This document shows, in pieces, positions 63,648 to 64,000 of a stretch of DNA of 64,000 nucleotides (position 1 is the stretch's first letter; every line of letters begins with the position of its first letter). Position numbers and translations under genes: made by a program. The notes below the pieces were generated by a model that was not told the origin of the DNA, did not search any database, and worked only from the letters and a program-made list of their open reading frames with translations. The stretch comes from Mobula hypostoma (Eukaryota): positions 85,872,001-85,936,000 of the forward strand of contig NC_086097.1 in the NCBI RefSeq assembly GCF_963921235.1. Direction: 5' to 3'.

Positions 63648-64000
63648 AGCAACACGCACAACACATTGGAGGAACTCAGCAGGTCGGGCAGCATCCATGG
63701 AAATGAACAGTCAACGTTTCGGGCTGGAACCCTTCGTCAGGACTGTAGGGGGAAGGGGCAGAGGCCCTATAAAGAAGGTGGGGGGAGGGTGGGAAGGAGA
63801 AGGTTGGTAGGTTCCAGGTGAAAAACCAGTAAGGGGAAAGATCAAGGGGTGGGGGAGGGGAAGCAGGGAGGTGATAGGCAGGAAAGGTGAAGAAGGAATA
63901 GGGGAAAGCACAATGGATAGTAGAAGGAGGCAGAACCATGAGGGAGGTGATAGGCAGCTGGAGGAGGGGGCAGAGTGAAACTAGGATGAGGAAGGGAGGA
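63648..64000 (-). mobile_element. Penelope-like element terminal region (runs off the window)
   Basis: Same family as 36905-37170; contains the best hammerhead copy. Confidence 0.8.
63707..63746 (-). ncRNA. Minimal type I hammerhead ribozyme (Penelope-associated)
   Basis: ACAGUC-CUGACGA-A-GGGU-UCCA-GCCC-GAAA-CG-UU-GACUGU: 6-bp stem I, conserved core, 4-bp stem II, palindromic ACGU in place of stem III. Confidence 0.75.

Noticed and set aside
25000..64000. A second host gene (TTC9 lies upstream of MED6 in mammals)
   Set aside because: No ORF or exon with a TPR/TTC9-like translation was seen; all long ORFs here are TE-derived or antisense shadows.

Overview
This is vertebrate nuclear DNA. The repeat content (CR1, Rex1/Babar, Penelope, V-SINE, Deu-SINE, Tc1/Tigger) suggests a cartilaginous fish, possibly a ray; this is inference. 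The only host protein-coding gene I can support is MED6 (Mediator subunit 6) on the minus strand. It has 8 coding exons (24539 to 4427; 22+160+92+83+109+116+28+131 = 741 nt, 246 aa), all introns are GT-AG, and there is a small CpG-rich promoter near 24.1-24.66 kb. The rest is intronic or intergenic DNA densely filled with nested transposable elements. These include two long, fairly young CR1 LINEs (37173-40772 on + and 45133-48426 on -, both with candidate TSDs), two solo LTRs in MED6 intron 2, an internally deleted Tigger carrying a palindromic hAT-like MITE, and many Penelope fragments. The most interesting signals are minimal type I hammerhead ribozyme motifs in the Penelope repeats (best copy 63707-63746), a locally templated inverted insertion inside a solo LTR (19060-19141), a 77-bp hairpin inside the Tigger, and an A10-AG acceptor at MED6 exon 5. 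I found no prokaryotic systems or CRISPR arrays and no clearly novel gene. TE family names come from motif recognition, not database searches.
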